Shown here: piece by piece, positions 1-8,970 of the stretch
How positions within the stretch are numbered: position 1 is the stretch's first letter
Layout of the letters: each line of letters starts with the position of its first letter
NCBI RefSeq assembly: GCF_900100185.1
Contig: NZ_FNEN01000001.1
Location: forward strand, 246,220-270,219
Direction: 5' to 3'
Length of the DNA stretch: 24,000 bases
Origin: Natribacillus halophilus
GTDB taxonomy: Bacteria; Bacillota; Bacilli; Bacillales; Marinococcaceae
The notes under the pieces: generated by a model
Database searches by the model: none
Told to the model about the DNA's origin: nothing
Seen by the model: the letters and a program-made list of their open reading frames with translations, nothing else
Translations under genes and position numbers: made by a program

Positions 1-1905
1 TGTCCCCTCTGTGTCCCCACGCTCGGAGAGTAAGTGCTCATCCCTGTCTTCCACAGCGGCAAACGTTGGCAAGTGCATCTCATCCAATTCCTTGTCCGCA
101 TAATTCATATGAATAACGGCTCGTCCGAGAATATTTTCCAGTTCCCGTACATTTCCCGGCCAATTATAGCTGAGCAACTGTTGCATGGCTCGCTCGGATA
201 TCGTCAGTACCGAACGCCCGTATTCCTGATTGATCTTATGTAACAAATAATGGGAAAGATCGGGGATATCTTCTCGTCTATCACGTAATGACGGGATAAA
301 AATCGGCATTTTATTCAACCTGTAAAATAAATCTTCACGGAAATCACCCCGCCGCATGGCGTCTTCCAAATCGACATTCGTGGCGACGATGATACGGACG
401 TTAACGGTACTCGCCTTCGTTCCTCCCACGCGTACGATTTCTTTTTCCTGTAGTACCCTTAGAAGCTTGACTTGTGTTTCTTTTGGCACCTCACCGATCT
501 CATCCAAAAAAATGCTGCCGTGATGAGCTTCTTCAAACAAACCTCGTTTCCCGCCTTTTTGTGCGCCCGTAAAAGCTCCCTCCTCATATCCGAACAATTC
601 ACTTTCCAGCAATGTCGGCGAGAGAGCCGCACAGTTTACGCGAATAAACGGTTGATAACGCCGTTCACTTTCATTGTGAATCGCGTGGGCAAACAGTTCT
701 TTTCCCGTTCCCGACTGACCGCGCAGGAGAACATCCACCGGGGTTTGCGCACTTTTAAAGGCTTGTTCCTTGGCAAAAGCAAGGGCGGAGGAGCGCCCGA
801 TGATATCTTCGAACGTATACTTGGCCTCCAATGTTCTCAGCCGTCTTTTCGCTTTTTCCAATTCGTTGGTGAGGGTGCGAATTTCCGATACATCATGAAT
901 AACCCCGACGCTCCCTTTCAATTCCCCATTCACGAGAATCGGGGCGACGTTGACGATCACATCCTTTTTATGAGGACCGACTTTCATTTGCGTTCCCCGT
1001 ACGGGCATCCGCGTATGTAACGTCCGCATATGCATGCTTTCGCCTTCATAAATGTCTGTCGTCGCCGGCTTGCCGATAACGTCTCGTTCATTTAACCCCG
1101 TTAAACGTGTATAAGCCGGATTGATCATCAGCCCCTCGCCTTCTTCGTTGACGACGGAAATGGCCTCGTCGGAGGAATGAATAATCGCCTGCAGAAGCTG
1201 CTGTACGCTTTCCAGATTCGTCACCTTGGCTGCCATATCCACCATGTCCGTCACATCCTGAAAAACGGCCAATGCGCCGATACAGTACCCGTCAATCCAT
1301 AACGGGATACGCGTCGTTACAATTTGGCGTCCATTTTCAAACGTTTGCTTTTGATTGGATTCCATGCTTTTCGTCTGTAAAAGACGCGGCAGCTTACTGC
1401 TTGGCATCACAGTGTTGATTCTTTTACCGATGGCGTCTTTATGATCAATATCCGTGATACGCGAAGCTGCGCGATTAAACAACAGAATCTCTTCGGCATC
1501 GTCGATCGCGATCATCCCATCATGGGTGGACTGAAAAATGGTATGATACAAACGTTCCTGCTGGCTGAGCTCAGCGATCAATTCATCTTTGCCGATGAGC
1601 AGATTGTAGAGCAGGTTACAAACATGGGCGGGGATCACAGCCGTTTGTACACCGACATGCCTTTGCAGGTCAGCGAGGACGGCCTCATCACCCGTCGCTT
1701 CAAAAACAATATCTGGAAGCTGCTGCTCATAAAGTGTAAAGGCATTGCTGCTCGTTTGTAAACCGTAGGTGGTTGCCAGACGCATCCCCTGGGCTTGTAG
1801 ATTAAGATCAGCCAAACCGACCACTTCCATATGTTCATGACCGATCATCATACCAAGGAGTGCCGTACCGCCTTTGCCACCTCCGACGATCATAGCTCTT
1901 TTCAC
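1..1905 (-). CDS. sigma-54-dependent transcriptional activator (Rossmann-like N-term, PAS, PAS, AAA+); BkdR-like by position; 3' end lies beyond the window
   Basis: It is absent from the ORF track because there is no stop codon inside the window. Reading the reverse complement from GTG at 1905 (SD GAGGTGG 5 nt upstream) gives 635 open codons down to position 1. The translation starts [17 protein letters not shown]. It contains the Walker A motif [18 protein letters not shown], the diagnostic sigma-54 contact motif [15 protein letters not shown], then [29 protein letters not shown] and [11 protein letters not shown]. The C-terminal HTH is not in the window. Confidence 0.9.
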   Translation of the reverse strand, partial: MKRAMIVGGGKGGTALLGMMIGHEHMEVVGLADLNLQAQGMRLATTYGLQTSSNAFTLYEQQLPDIVFEATGDEAVLADLQRHVGVQTAVIPAHVCNLLYNLLIGKDELIAELSQQERLYHTIFQSTHDGMIAIDDAEEILLFNRAASRITDIDHKDAIGKRINTVMPSSKLPRLLQTKSMESNQKQTFENGRQIVTTRIPLWIDGYCIGALAVFQDVTDMVDMAAKVTNLESVQQLLQAIIHSSDEAISVVNEEGEGLMINPAYTRLTGLNERDVIGKPATTDIYEGESMHMRTLHTRMPVRGTQMKVGPHKKDVIVNVAPILVNGELKGSVGVIHDVSEIRTLTNELEKAKRRLRTLEAKYTFEDIIGRSSALAFAKEQAFKSAQTPVDVLLRGQSGTGKELFAHAIHNESERRYQPFIRVNCAALSPTLLESELFGYEEGAFTGAQKGGKRGLFEEAHHGSIFLDEIGEVPKETQVKLLRVLQEKEIVRVGGTKASTVNVRIIVATNVDLEDAMRRGDFREDLFYRLNKMPIFIPSLRDRREDIPDLSHYLLHKINQEYGRSVLTISERAMQQLLSYNWPGNVRELENILGRAVIHMNYADKELDEMHLPTFAAVEDRDEHLLSERGDTEGT

Positions 1906-2039
1906 GCTTCCACCTCAAATTAAAAAATCTCCTCCTTTTACTATCCTTGATCTTGGCGCTGCATGCAAGGATAAAGTGGGATGTTTACGTTAAACATGTT
2001 AAAATGGGATGAGTTGAATCGAATTATTGGGGGTATCGT

Positions 2040-2297
2040 ATGCGACTCATTGCACTCATCATATTATTAATCCCGGTATTTTTGGCAGGTGTCGGTATAA
2101 AGTGGATGCGAGATGTTTTGTTCTCGATCCTCCATGATCCCTTTCCCAATTATGCCATCCAATTCGCGGGCGGATTTGTAATGTTTATAGCTGGACTGGC
2201 CTTTATCGGTGGTTTTATTCTACATCGTGATCGTAGACGGAATAAAGTCGCCCCCCGTTTCCAGAGGAAAAAGACAGAAGCGGCCGATCGAAGTTAA
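2040..2297 (+). CDS. small two-TM membrane protein with basic C-terminal tail (resembles YqzF/DUF2627-type proteins)
   Basis: 85-aa ORF with ATG start and a GGGGG SD 6 nt upstream. It has two hydrophobic helices (LIALIILLIPVFLAGVGI and FAGGFVMFIAGLAFIGGFIL) followed by HRDRRRNKVAPRFQRKK. The family assignment is from memory of B. subtilis YqzF, which sits next to bkdR, and is not verified. Confidence 0.6.
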   Translation: MRLIALIILLIPVFLAGVGIKWMRDVLFSILHDPFPNYAIQFAGGFVMFIAGLAFIGGFILHRDRRRNKVAPRFQRKKTEAADRS

Positions 2298-3367
2298 TTT
2301 TTAAAGCCATCGAGCAGTTCCTGTTGGCGGCCCAGCCACTCCAGTCGCTGAGGATTGTTGGCTGGCGTCTCCAGTAATTTTGATACCCCTTTCACATCAA
2401 CGATGTCCGAGCCGAGCCAAAGATGCATGAGTGATTGGACACCCACGTTCGTTCGTCCCTGTGTCATCGCTTCCTCCATACTTGTAGCCCCACCCAGCAT
2501 AAAAATCGTCCCGTGGCTGACCGACCGTGCATATAAAAGGGCTGTCTCTTCAAAACCGACAAGCCCGTCGCAAACAGCATACGGTAATTCCAGCTTCTGC
2601 AAGTGCTCGGTAGAAGCCTGATATTTATCAGCCGGCGTATCCGGAACGACGAGAAGTGACGAGACGAGCAAATCTTCCTCGTGCATACGGGTGAAATCCC
2701 CGAGGATGACATCGGGATGAAAACCAAGGTTTCGTACCATGCGGCTGGAAGTATCAAGCGCGATGATAAAAGGTTTGATCTTTTTAAAATAGCGCTTCGT
2801 GTATAAGAGCGCTTGCTCATCGTTACTCGTCGGTGCGACAATGAGAAGCGGTTGATTTCCAATCGCTGTCGCCGCTGCCTCGGTCATTAAAGTTGAAAAC
2901 TTATCAAGCAGGGTCTCTGCTTCTCGCCAGGTTCTGTGATAAAAATCGCGAAACAAATCGGCACGCAGGGAAGCGGCCCGTTGTTTTAACCTTTCTAAAC
3001 GATCAGGGTCGTACCCTTTTAAGGGCGTCACAAATGTCCAATGTCCGGCTCCGTCCCGCATATACAGCCGCTGCTTACTGATGCGCGCCTTGCGGCCCTG
3101 GTGGAGTTTCGATAAATCTTTTTCCCCTTGCAGGTCAAATATGGGAATCCCTGCTTCCAGCAAACGTTCCACGCCCCGATGATCAAAATTTCCCGTCATA
3201 GAGGTTTTTCCATTCACGACCGCTTTGACCCCTCTTTTCAGCAGTTTCCGTAAATGAATCTCCGATAGATCCTGCAGATTAACGACGACGATCTTTCCTC
3301 GGTAGGAAGAAGCTCTCCACTCCATATCCAAATGATGTAAGGCGCCTTCAATCGATCCGATCCGCAC
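2294..3367 (-). CDS. SteA-like protein (thiamine-pyrophosphokinase-like domain family)
   Basis: The long ORF is 2294..3400. I place the start at GTG 3367 because a GAGAGGAGG SD lies 7 nt upstream, whereas ATG 3400 has no SD. Two segments resemble what I recall of actinobacterial SteA and TPK-catalytic-domain proteins: KIVVVNLQDLSEIHLRKLLKRGVKAVVNGKTSMTGNFDHRGVERLLEAGIPIFDL, and PDVILGDFTRM. The product name is tentative. Confidence 0.5.
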   Translation of the reverse strand: MRIGSIEGALHHLDMEWRASSYRGKIVVVNLQDLSEIHLRKLLKRGVKAVVNGKTSMTGNFDHRGVERLLEAGIPIFDLQGEKDLSKLHQGRKARISKQRLYMRDGAGHWTFVTPLKGYDPDRLERLKQRAASLRADLFRDFYHRTWREAETLLDKFSTLMTEAAATAIGNQPLLIVAPTSNDEQALLYTKRYFKKIKPFIIALDTSSRMVRNLGFHPDVILGDFTRMHEEDLLVSSLLVVPDTPADKYQASTEHLQKLELPYAVCDGLVGFEETALLYARSVSHGTIFMLGGATSMEEAMTQGRTNVGVQSLMHLWLGSDIVDVKGVSKLLETPANNPQRLEWLGRQQELLDGFKN

Positions 3368-3457
3368 CCTGCTGCCTCCTCTCAAACGTATAGTCATCAT
3401 TAGTATAACCAGAATGAGTAGGGTTTATTGTTGTCCGTCGGGAACCACAGTGTGCGG

Positions 3458-3586
3458 ATAAAGAAAACTTGGCTTATCGCCACGTCTTTAAGGCGATAAG
3501 CCTTAGTTGCACTTATGCATGATAAGAAAGTGGTTTATACTTTCTTACCTGCTTAAAAAAACCTCCCACATGGGAGGTATGTTTCT
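3458..3586 (-). repeat. copy A of a ~120-130-nt multi-hairpin intergenic element (second copy at 11970..12091)
   Basis: It shares long identical blocks with copy B: ATAAAGAAAACTTGGCTTATCGCCA, AAGCCTTAGTTGCACTTATGCA, GATAAGAAA, TTATACTTTCTTA, CTGCT, TGGGAGG and GTTTCT. Hairpins: GGCTTATCGCC(3471-3481)/GGCGATAAGCC(3492-3502), a perfect 11 bp; GATAAGAAAGT(3521-3531)/ACTTTCTTACC(3539-3549); and the small palindrome TTGCA-N4-TGCA. On the minus strand the 11-bp GC hairpin is followed by AAGUUUUCUUUAU. Confidence 0.8.
3555..3578 (-). terminator. Rho-independent terminator of spo0A
   Basis: On the minus strand, ACCTCCCA-TG-TGGGAGGT (8-bp GC-rich stem) is followed by TTTTTTT. It lies 16 nt after the spo0A TAA stop. 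Confidence 0.8.
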
Positions 3587-3593
3587 GTACTTT

Positions 3594-4385
3594 TTAGCTC
3601 ACTTTATGTTCGATCCGCAGCTTATCTGCCACCATCGCGATGAACTCGCTGTTCGTTGGCTTGGCTTTCGACATGCTTACCGTATAGCCGAAATAATGGG
3701 AGATGGAATCGATGTTGCCGCGGCTCCAGGCCACTTCAATCGCGTGTCGGATCGCTCTTTCAACACGGCTCGCGGTTGTGTTGTATTTCTTGGCGATATC
3801 CGGGTATAATTCTTTCGTGATCGAGCCCAGCAATTCAATATTGTTGTAAACCATGGTGATCGCTTCCCGCATGTACATATAACCTTTTATATGGGCCGGA
3901 ACCCCAATTTCATGTATGATACCCGTGATGCGCTGATCGAGGTTAATGCCGGGTTCTTTTGCGGTGCTTCGCTCCTTGTTCTGCCCCGAAACCGCTACGC
4001 GCGGCGACGGCTGGCCGTTAATGTCCCTGATCTTATCGACGAGCACTTCCATGTCAAACGGTTTTAGCACGTAATATGAAACACCGAGATTCACAGCTTT
4101 TTTTGTTACATCTTCTTGTCCGAATGCTGTCAGCATGAGCACGTTGGGCATCTCATCCGGGCTGTCCCTCTGTAATCGCTCCAAAACGGCAAGACCGTCC
4201 AGATATGGCATGATAATATCAAGGATAAGTATGTCTGGCTCTGTTTCCTCTACAACCTGCAAGCAATTCTTGCCATCATAAGCGACGCCCGCAATTTCCA
4301 TGTCGTCCTGCATGGAAACATATTCTTCCACCATTTGCACAAGATCTCGATTGTCATCTGCAATACACACTTTAATGGGTTTCAC
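3594..4385 (-). CDS. spo0A: sporulation master response regulator Spo0A
   Basis: The 263-aa product starts [16 protein letters not shown]. It has a receiver domain ([21 protein letters not shown]) and the Spo0A-specific C-terminal DNA-binding domain ([20 protein letters not shown] and [19 protein letters not shown]). GTG start with an AAGGAGG SD 7 nt upstream. Confidence 0.97.
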   Translation of the reverse strand: MKPIKVCIADDNRDLVQMVEEYVSMQDDMEIAGVAYDGKNCLQVVEETEPDILILDIIMPYLDGLAVLERLQRDSPDEMPNVLMLTAFGQEDVTKKAVNLGVSYYVLKPFDMEVLVDKIRDINGQPSPRVAVSGQNKERSTAKEPGINLDQRITGIIHEIGVPAHIKGYMYMREAITMVYNNIELLGSITKELYPDIAKKYNTTASRVERAIRHAIEVAWSRGNIDSISHYFGYTVSMSKAKPTNSEFIAMVADKLRIEHKVS

Positions 4386-4542
4386 ACTCGCGCCTCCTTA
4401 AGTAAAATCGGTTTTTGTACAAACCCCTCATTCATTGATTATCCATGAATTGGGAATAAAATCAACCAAATAACTGAATTTACTATATTATCTATAAAAA
4501 TCTGCCAAAATTCTCGCCAATATGATCTTCTTAGCGCTTGTT

Positions 4543-4549
4543 TGTCGAA
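4543..4549 (+). promoter_or_regulatory. perfect 0A box (TGTCGAA) upstream of spo0A
   Basis: An exact match to the Spo0A~P binding consensus TGTCGAA lies about 160 nt upstream of the spo0A start, in the spoIVB-spo0A intergenic region. spo0A autoregulation through 0A boxes is established in B. subtilis. I could not confidently place the sigma-A and sigma-H promoters. Confidence 0.4.
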
Positions 4550-4561
4550 TAATCTTTATGT

Positions 4562-4592
4562 AAAAAAGGCAGCCAAAAATCAGCTGGCCTTT
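4562..4592 (-). terminator. probable Rho-independent terminator of spoIVB (overlaps the stop codon)
   Basis: On the minus strand, AAAGGC(C)AGC-TGATTTTTG-GCTGCCTTT forms a 9-bp stem with one bulge, followed by TTTA. The 5' arm includes the last spoIVB codons. Confidence 0.45.
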
Positions 4593-5818
4593 CTTGCTTC
4601 CCTCAGTTGGTCGATGTCGGCTTCTTCGAGCATCCATTCGATATGGGAGCCGTACCCTGCGGTGGCATCATTCACGAATACATGGGTGACCGCACCGATG
4701 ATCTTGTCGTTTTGAATGATCGGACTGCCGCTCATGCCTTGCACGATGCCGCCGGTTTTTTCAACAAGACGGTCGTCGGTTACCTTTATGACCATGCCTT
4801 TCGTCGCCGCGTGTTTTTGCGGAGTGGAACGGACGATTTCAACATCAAACGCCTCGACCTCTTCGTTTTCCACCACGGTTAAGATTTTTGCCGGCCCTTC
4901 TTCCACTTCTTCCGCGTAAGCAATGGGCATAGGTTCCTGGTCTTCATGCAACTTGTGATCTTGATTTAACTGACCGTAAATGCCAAACGTGTTGTTTTTC
5001 GTAATCGTTCCGAGCACATCCTGCTTTTCAACGATCGATGCCTGTTTTTCACCCGGAATACCATTTTCCCCTCTTTCTATCGCGTTAACCGAAGAGCGAA
5101 CGATTTCGCCTTCATGAATGGACAGCGGGCGTTTCGTATCGACGTCGGAAATCACATGCCCCAACGCACCATATTTTCTCGTGTTTGGATCAAAAAAAGT
5201 CATCGTTCCCACGCCTGCGGCCGAATCACGAATATACAACCCCAATTGCTGCTTCGAGTCTTCTGCTGCCGTTACGCTTGGTTGTACGGTTTTTTCCATT
5301 TTTTCACCATTGCGAATGAGTTCGATCTGCATGGCTTTCGAATCCTCTGGAGATCTTAAGATGGAGGCGACCTCCGTCATATCTTCGACAGGCTGTTGAT
5401 CGATTTTGACGATGATGTCACCCTTTTGGATGCCTGCGGCCTCGGCCGGTGATTGTTGCCCTTGCGCTGTATGGATCGTATGGAAACCGACAACCATGAC
5501 GCCCTGAGAGCTTAAGCGCACGCCAACCGATTGTCCGCCCGGGGTAACCTCTACTCTGGGAACTTTATCCTGCGAAATATTTTTTATCGGTGTCGACCCG
5601 GCTGTGACCTGAACGACATCTTCTTTCTCATCTTCTATCGAAAAAAAAGAAGGCAACTCGTTCTCCAGTCTGTCGACAGCGGAAGTTGCTTCACCTTGCA
5701 TCGTCGTTATCTGATCCGGAAGCTGTAACCAGTCCTCTACCGGCTTCAAAAAACTTAAACTCAATACCCCAATGAGTAACAACGTACCAACGATCTTTCT
5801 CGTTCTATCGGATTTCAC
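4580..5818 (-). CDS. spoIVB: SpoIVB signalling serine peptidase (S55) with PDZ domain
   Basis: 412 aa with an N-terminal TM segment (IVGTLLLIGVLSLSFL). It has a PDZ-like segment (AGIQKGDIIVKIDQQPV) and the S55 catalytic region (GVGTMTFFDP, YGALGHVISD, IVQGMSGSPIIQNDKIIGAVTHVFVND). It sits between recN and spo0A, as in B. subtilis. Confidence 0.95.
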   Translation of the reverse strand: MKSDRTRKIVGTLLLIGVLSLSFLKPVEDWLQLPDQITTMQGEATSAVDRLENELPSFFSIEDEKEDVVQVTAGSTPIKNISQDKVPRVEVTPGGQSVGVRLSSQGVMVVGFHTIHTAQGQQSPAEAAGIQKGDIIVKIDQQPVEDMTEVASILRSPEDSKAMQIELIRNGEKMEKTVQPSVTAAEDSKQQLGLYIRDSAAGVGTMTFFDPNTRKYGALGHVISDVDTKRPLSIHEGEIVRSSVNAIERGENGIPGEKQASIVEKQDVLGTITKNNTFGIYGQLNQDHKLHEDQEPMPIAYAEEVEEGPAKILTVVENEEVEAFDVEIVRSTPQKHAATKGMVIKVTDDRLVEKTGGIVQGMSGSPIIQNDKIIGAVTHVFVNDATAGYGSHIEWMLEEADIDQLREARKAS

Positions 5819-5908
5819 CCTCGTTCACACTCCTCACTCCCGCCCGCACATCGCGTTCGTTACTTTTAATGTTGCCTTGCAGAAGCCGGAATATAACTGG
5901 TAACAAAC

Positions 5909-5934
5909 AAAAAAACCGACCTCAAATGGTCGGT
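5909..5934 (-). terminator. Rho-independent terminator of recN
   Basis: On the minus strand, ACCGACC-ATTTGA-GGTCGGT (perfect 7-bp stem) is followed by TTTTTTTG. It lies about 40 nt after the recN stop. Confidence 0.8.
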
Positions 5935-5972
5935 CTTGCGTATTCGTGGAAGTTCACTGATTCACTGACAGA

Positions 5973-7682
5973 TCATAGCGTGGCAAATTCCAGCAACTCT
6001 CTTGCATTTTCACGTGTCTTTTCCGTAACCGCGCTTCCCGAGAGCATACGCGCCAATTCATCGACCCGCTCGTTGTCACCGAGCATCGTCACCGTCGTTT
6101 GCATGCGCCCGTGTTCGTCTTCTTTGGCGATGTGCATATGGTTGGCGGCCAGGGCGGCCACTTGCGGCAAATGAGTAATACAAAGCACCTGTGTTTCCCC
6201 GGCTATCGCCGCGATTTTTTCCCCGATCGCCTGCGCGACCCGACCGCTTACACCCGTATCGACTTCGTCAAAAATCAAAGCCGTACGCTCGGAAGCGTTC
6301 GCCAATATTCGCTTCAAAGCCAGCATAATCCGGGAGATTTCGCCGCCGGAAGCGATTTTCGCGAGCGCCTTTTCAGGCTCGCCTGTGTTAGGTGACATGT
6401 AAAATTCCAGCCGTTCCTGCCCTTCCCGGGTCAATGTTTTTTCCTCGTTGCTGTATTGGACGCGCTCTCCCTGGGTAGGTGTCTGAAAGCGTACGGAAAA
6501 CTGTGTTTTTTCCATAAAAAGATCCGCAAGTTCCTCTTCAACGGCTGTCGAGAGGGCTTTAGCCGCTTCCTCTCTCCCCCTCGTCAAATCATCGGCCGCT
6601 GCCAATAAATAGCCAGACGCTTCGTGCAGTTTCTCTTCATATTGCTGAATTTTTTTATCCCTGTTCAAAAGTTCCTCTTGTTCGGCTGCTTTATCCTCGG
6701 CAAAGGTCAAAATGTCCGTAATCGTTGCTCCGTACTTTCGTTTCAGCCCCTCGATCTCAGCCAAACGGCTTTCGATTTCATGCAAGCGAGCGGGATCAAA
6801 ATCAAGTTGATCGATGTGTTCCCGAATCGAATAAGACACTTCTTCGATCGTGTAAAAGCTCGCAGCCACTTGTTCACTCGTGGCCTTTAGAGTGGGGTCA
6901 ATGGCCGTTGCTTCTTCCAGCTGATTAACGGAGCCTCTGAGCCATTCCAACCCCTTGCCTTCATCATATAAATTCGTATAGGCATACTGCAGAAGTTCAT
7001 ACAATTTCTCTGCATGCGCCAATTTATAGCGCTCTTGCTCGAGCTTCTCGTCTTCGTCGGACTCGGATAAACCGGCCTGTTCGATTTCATCTAATTGATA
7101 CTGTATGATGTCGAGTTGCTGCCGATCTTCCCGATCACTGTTTTGCAATCGGTTTAGCTCTTTTTTTATCGACATGTACTGATCAAAATGCGCTTCATAA
7201 TCAGCTTTTAACGTAAATAATGTCGACACCGCGTACGCATCGACCATCCCGCTATGCTTGTCCATTTGTAACAATTCCTGGTGTTCATGCTGACCGTGGA
7301 TATCTACCAGTGTTCGTCCGATCGAACGTAACGTCGTCAAGGTGACGAGTTGACCATTGACCCGACAAATGCTTTTGCCCTTATGGGTGATCTCTCTGCG
7401 CAAGACGATCATCCCTTCTTCACAATCGATACCTGCATCCGCCAGGCGTTCGTACGCCAAATGCCCTTCCGGGACGATGAATAAGCCTTCGATTTCCGCT
7501 TTTTTACTTTCATGACGAACGAATTCAACGGATCCGCGGCCGCCGGCCAATAAGCCGAGGGCATCGATAATGATCGATTTCCCCGCACCCGTTTCTCCGG
7601 TGAGCACGGTTAATCCCGAGGTGAACGGAACCGTCAGCTCTTCTATGATGGCAAAATTTCGAATCGAGAGTTCTTCGAGCAT
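5973..7682 (-). CDS. recN: DNA repair protein RecN
   Basis: The 569-aa product starts MLEELSIRNFAIIEEL, with Walker A motif GETGAGKSIIIDAL, a long coiled-coil middle, and the C-terminal SGGEISRIMLALK and LIFDEVDTGVSG signatures. An AAGAAGGTG SD precedes the ATG. Confidence 0.97.
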   Translation of the reverse strand: MLEELSIRNFAIIEELTVPFTSGLTVLTGETGAGKSIIIDALGLLAGGRGSVEFVRHESKKAEIEGLFIVPEGHLAYERLADAGIDCEEGMIVLRREITHKGKSICRVNGQLVTLTTLRSIGRTLVDIHGQHEHQELLQMDKHSGMVDAYAVSTLFTLKADYEAHFDQYMSIKKELNRLQNSDREDRQQLDIIQYQLDEIEQAGLSESDEDEKLEQERYKLAHAEKLYELLQYAYTNLYDEGKGLEWLRGSVNQLEEATAIDPTLKATSEQVAASFYTIEEVSYSIREHIDQLDFDPARLHEIESRLAEIEGLKRKYGATITDILTFAEDKAAEQEELLNRDKKIQQYEEKLHEASGYLLAAADDLTRGREEAAKALSTAVEEELADLFMEKTQFSVRFQTPTQGERVQYSNEEKTLTREGQERLEFYMSPNTGEPEKALAKIASGGEISRIMLALKRILANASERTALIFDEVDTGVSGRVAQAIGEKIAAIAGETQVLCITHLPQVAALAANHMHIAKEDEHGRMQTTVTMLGDNERVDELARMLSGSAVTEKTRENARELLEFATL

Positions 7683-7700
7683 CCTAACACCTTCTTAAAA

Positions 7701-8150
7701 TCAAAGCATCTCCAGAATACGATCCGTAAGCACGGAAGTCTGGCCCCCATCTTTACAAATGATGAGAATCGTATCATCTCCGCAAATCGTTCCCATGATA
7801 TCTTCCCAGCCCAGATGATCGATTAACGACCCGATCGCGTGGGCGTTCCCGGGTAATGTTTTTAACACGATAAAGTGATCCGCATAATCGATACTGACGA
7901 AACTGTCGAAAAGATGTTTACGTAACTTTTCCTCGGGGTTGAAGCGTCGGTCGGCCGGTAAACTGTATTTGTAGCGTCCATCTGTCGTCAATACCTTTAC
8001 GAGGTATAATTCCTTGATGTCCCGGGAAACCGTCGCCTGGGTGACATTGAATCCCGCGGCCTGCAACTGGTAGACGAGTTCTTCCTGGGTGTCGATCTCC
8101 TGCTCATTTATGATTTCGCGTATTTTTACATGCCGTTGTCCCTTAGTCAT
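7701..8150 (-). CDS. argR: arginine repressor ArgR/AhrC
   Basis: The product begins [25 protein letters not shown] and contains [10 protein letters not shown] and [14 protein letters not shown] moved the start from the track GTG at 8159 to ATG 8150 (GGGTGA SD 5 nt upstream). That gives 149 aa, the same as B. subtilis AhrC as I recall it. Confidence 0.95.
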   Translation of the reverse strand: MTKGQRHVKIREIINEQEIDTQEELVYQLQAAGFNVTQATVSRDIKELYLVKVLTTDGRYKYSLPADRRFNPEEKLRKHLFDSFVSIDYADHFIVLKTLPGNAHAIGSLIDHLGWEDIMGTICGDDTILIICKDGGQTSVLTDRILEML

Positions 8151-8172
8151 TGCACTCACCCTTAATTTACGC

Positions 8173-8967
8173 TCAGGAATGTTCCACTGTTTCCGTGATT
8201 AATTCATAAGGAAGCTCCTGGGGTTCATTTGCTTTTTTTAGATAGAGCAAGTATTCGCGATTGCCACCTGTACCGGTGATGGGGGAAACTTCCAAACCGA
8301 GCGGTTGCAGTCGGGAGGTGACACTTGCTGCCATCACTTCCTGAATGACGCGACGGTGAACCGCAGGTTCCCGAACAATCCCCTTGTTTCCCACCTCTTC
8401 ACGCCCGGCTTCAAATTGGGGTTTAATCAAAACACAGGCCTCGCCGTGTTCCGACAAAACTTCTGACATACTCGGGAACATATGCTTGAGCGAGATAAAA
8501 GAAACATCACATACAGCAACGGAGGGCGTTCCATACTCGAAATCTGTCCGCTTGGCATACCTGAAGTTCATCCTCTCCAGCACATGCACACGAGGGTCTG
8601 AGCGTAATCCCCAATCCAATTGGTTGTAGCCGACATCGACGGCATACACGCTTTCGGCTCCATGTTGAAGCGCACAATCCGTAAATCCCCCCGTCGATGC
8701 CCCAATATCGAGCACGATGTGTCCCTGAACGGTGAGCGGAAAGACTTGCAATGCCTTTTCAAGCTTAACACCGCCACGGCTTACGTAGGGGCTAATTTCA
8801 CCCTTGAGATAGAGCGGTTGTCGCGGATCCATTTTCATCCCCGGTTTATCGATCCGTTCACCGCTTGTATAAACGAGGCCGGCCATGATCGACCGCCTCG
8901 CTTTTTCACGTGTTGTGACGAGCCCTTTCTCTACGAGCAAAACGTCCACGCGTTCCTTTTTCTTCAT
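8173..8967 (-). CDS. tlyA: TlyA-family rRNA 2'-O-methyltransferase (YqxC-like), S4 plus FtsJ domains
   Basis: 264 aa. It has an N-terminal S4-like [25 protein letters not shown] and the SAM motif [20 protein letters not shown]. It sits between dxs and argR, as in B. subtilis. Confidence 0.9.
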   Translation of the reverse strand: MKKKERVDVLLVEKGLVTTREKARRSIMAGLVYTSGERIDKPGMKMDPRQPLYLKGEISPYVSRGGVKLEKALQVFPLTVQGHIVLDIGASTGGFTDCALQHGAESVYAVDVGYNQLDWGLRSDPRVHVLERMNFRYAKRTDFEYGTPSVAVCDVSFISLKHMFPSMSEVLSEHGEACVLIKPQFEAGREEVGNKGIVREPAVHRRVIQEVMAASVTSRLQPLGLEVSPITGTGGNREYLLYLKKANEPQELPYELITETVEHS

Positions 8968-8970
8968 AGG

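Noticed and set aside
472-1020. Long plus-strand ORFs antisense to well-supported minus-strand genes: 472..1020, 1441..1761, 8620..9036, 9757..10209, 10100..10639, 10761..11267, 18051..18431, 18876..19304 and others.
   Set aside because: Each lies entirely inside, or mostly opposite, a minus-strand gene with unmistakable homology. Their translations are low-complexity or Arg/Ser/Pro-rich, as shadow frames typically are. None has a convincing SD.
1600-1905. An N-terminal GGGKGG Rossmann-like module on the sigma-54 activator, as a possible unusual sensor domain.
   Set aside because: I believe BkdR-type activators of Bacillaceae have a similar N-terminus, but I cannot show from the sequence alone whether it is atypical. 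I noted it in the feature and did not promote it to a finding.
1954-1967. A sigma-54 (-24/-12) promoter-like string, TGGCGC-TGCA-TGCA, in the divergent region between the sigma-54 activator gene and the small membrane-protein gene.
   Set aside because: The GG and GC dinucleotides are separated by 8 nt rather than the invariant 10 nt of TGGCAC-N5-TTGC, so it does not fit a functional sigma-54 promoter.
3507-3809. Plus-strand ORFs 3507..3809 and 12014..12217 share the N-terminus MHLC.IRK, which could suggest paralogous small proteins.
   Set aside because: The similarity covers only the repeated intergenic element. Beyond it, both ORFs run antisense through spo0A or xseB and diverge completely. 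Neither has an SD. They are artefacts of the repeat.
4386-4579. An attempt to place the sigma-A (Pv) and sigma-H (Ps) promoters of spo0A, and additional 0A boxes such as TGGCGAG near 4513.
   Set aside because: Only one exact TGTCGAA box is present. The candidate GAAT and AGGA elements do not occur with the required 11-12-nt spacing, and the second box has 2 mismatches. I could not call the promoters with any confidence.
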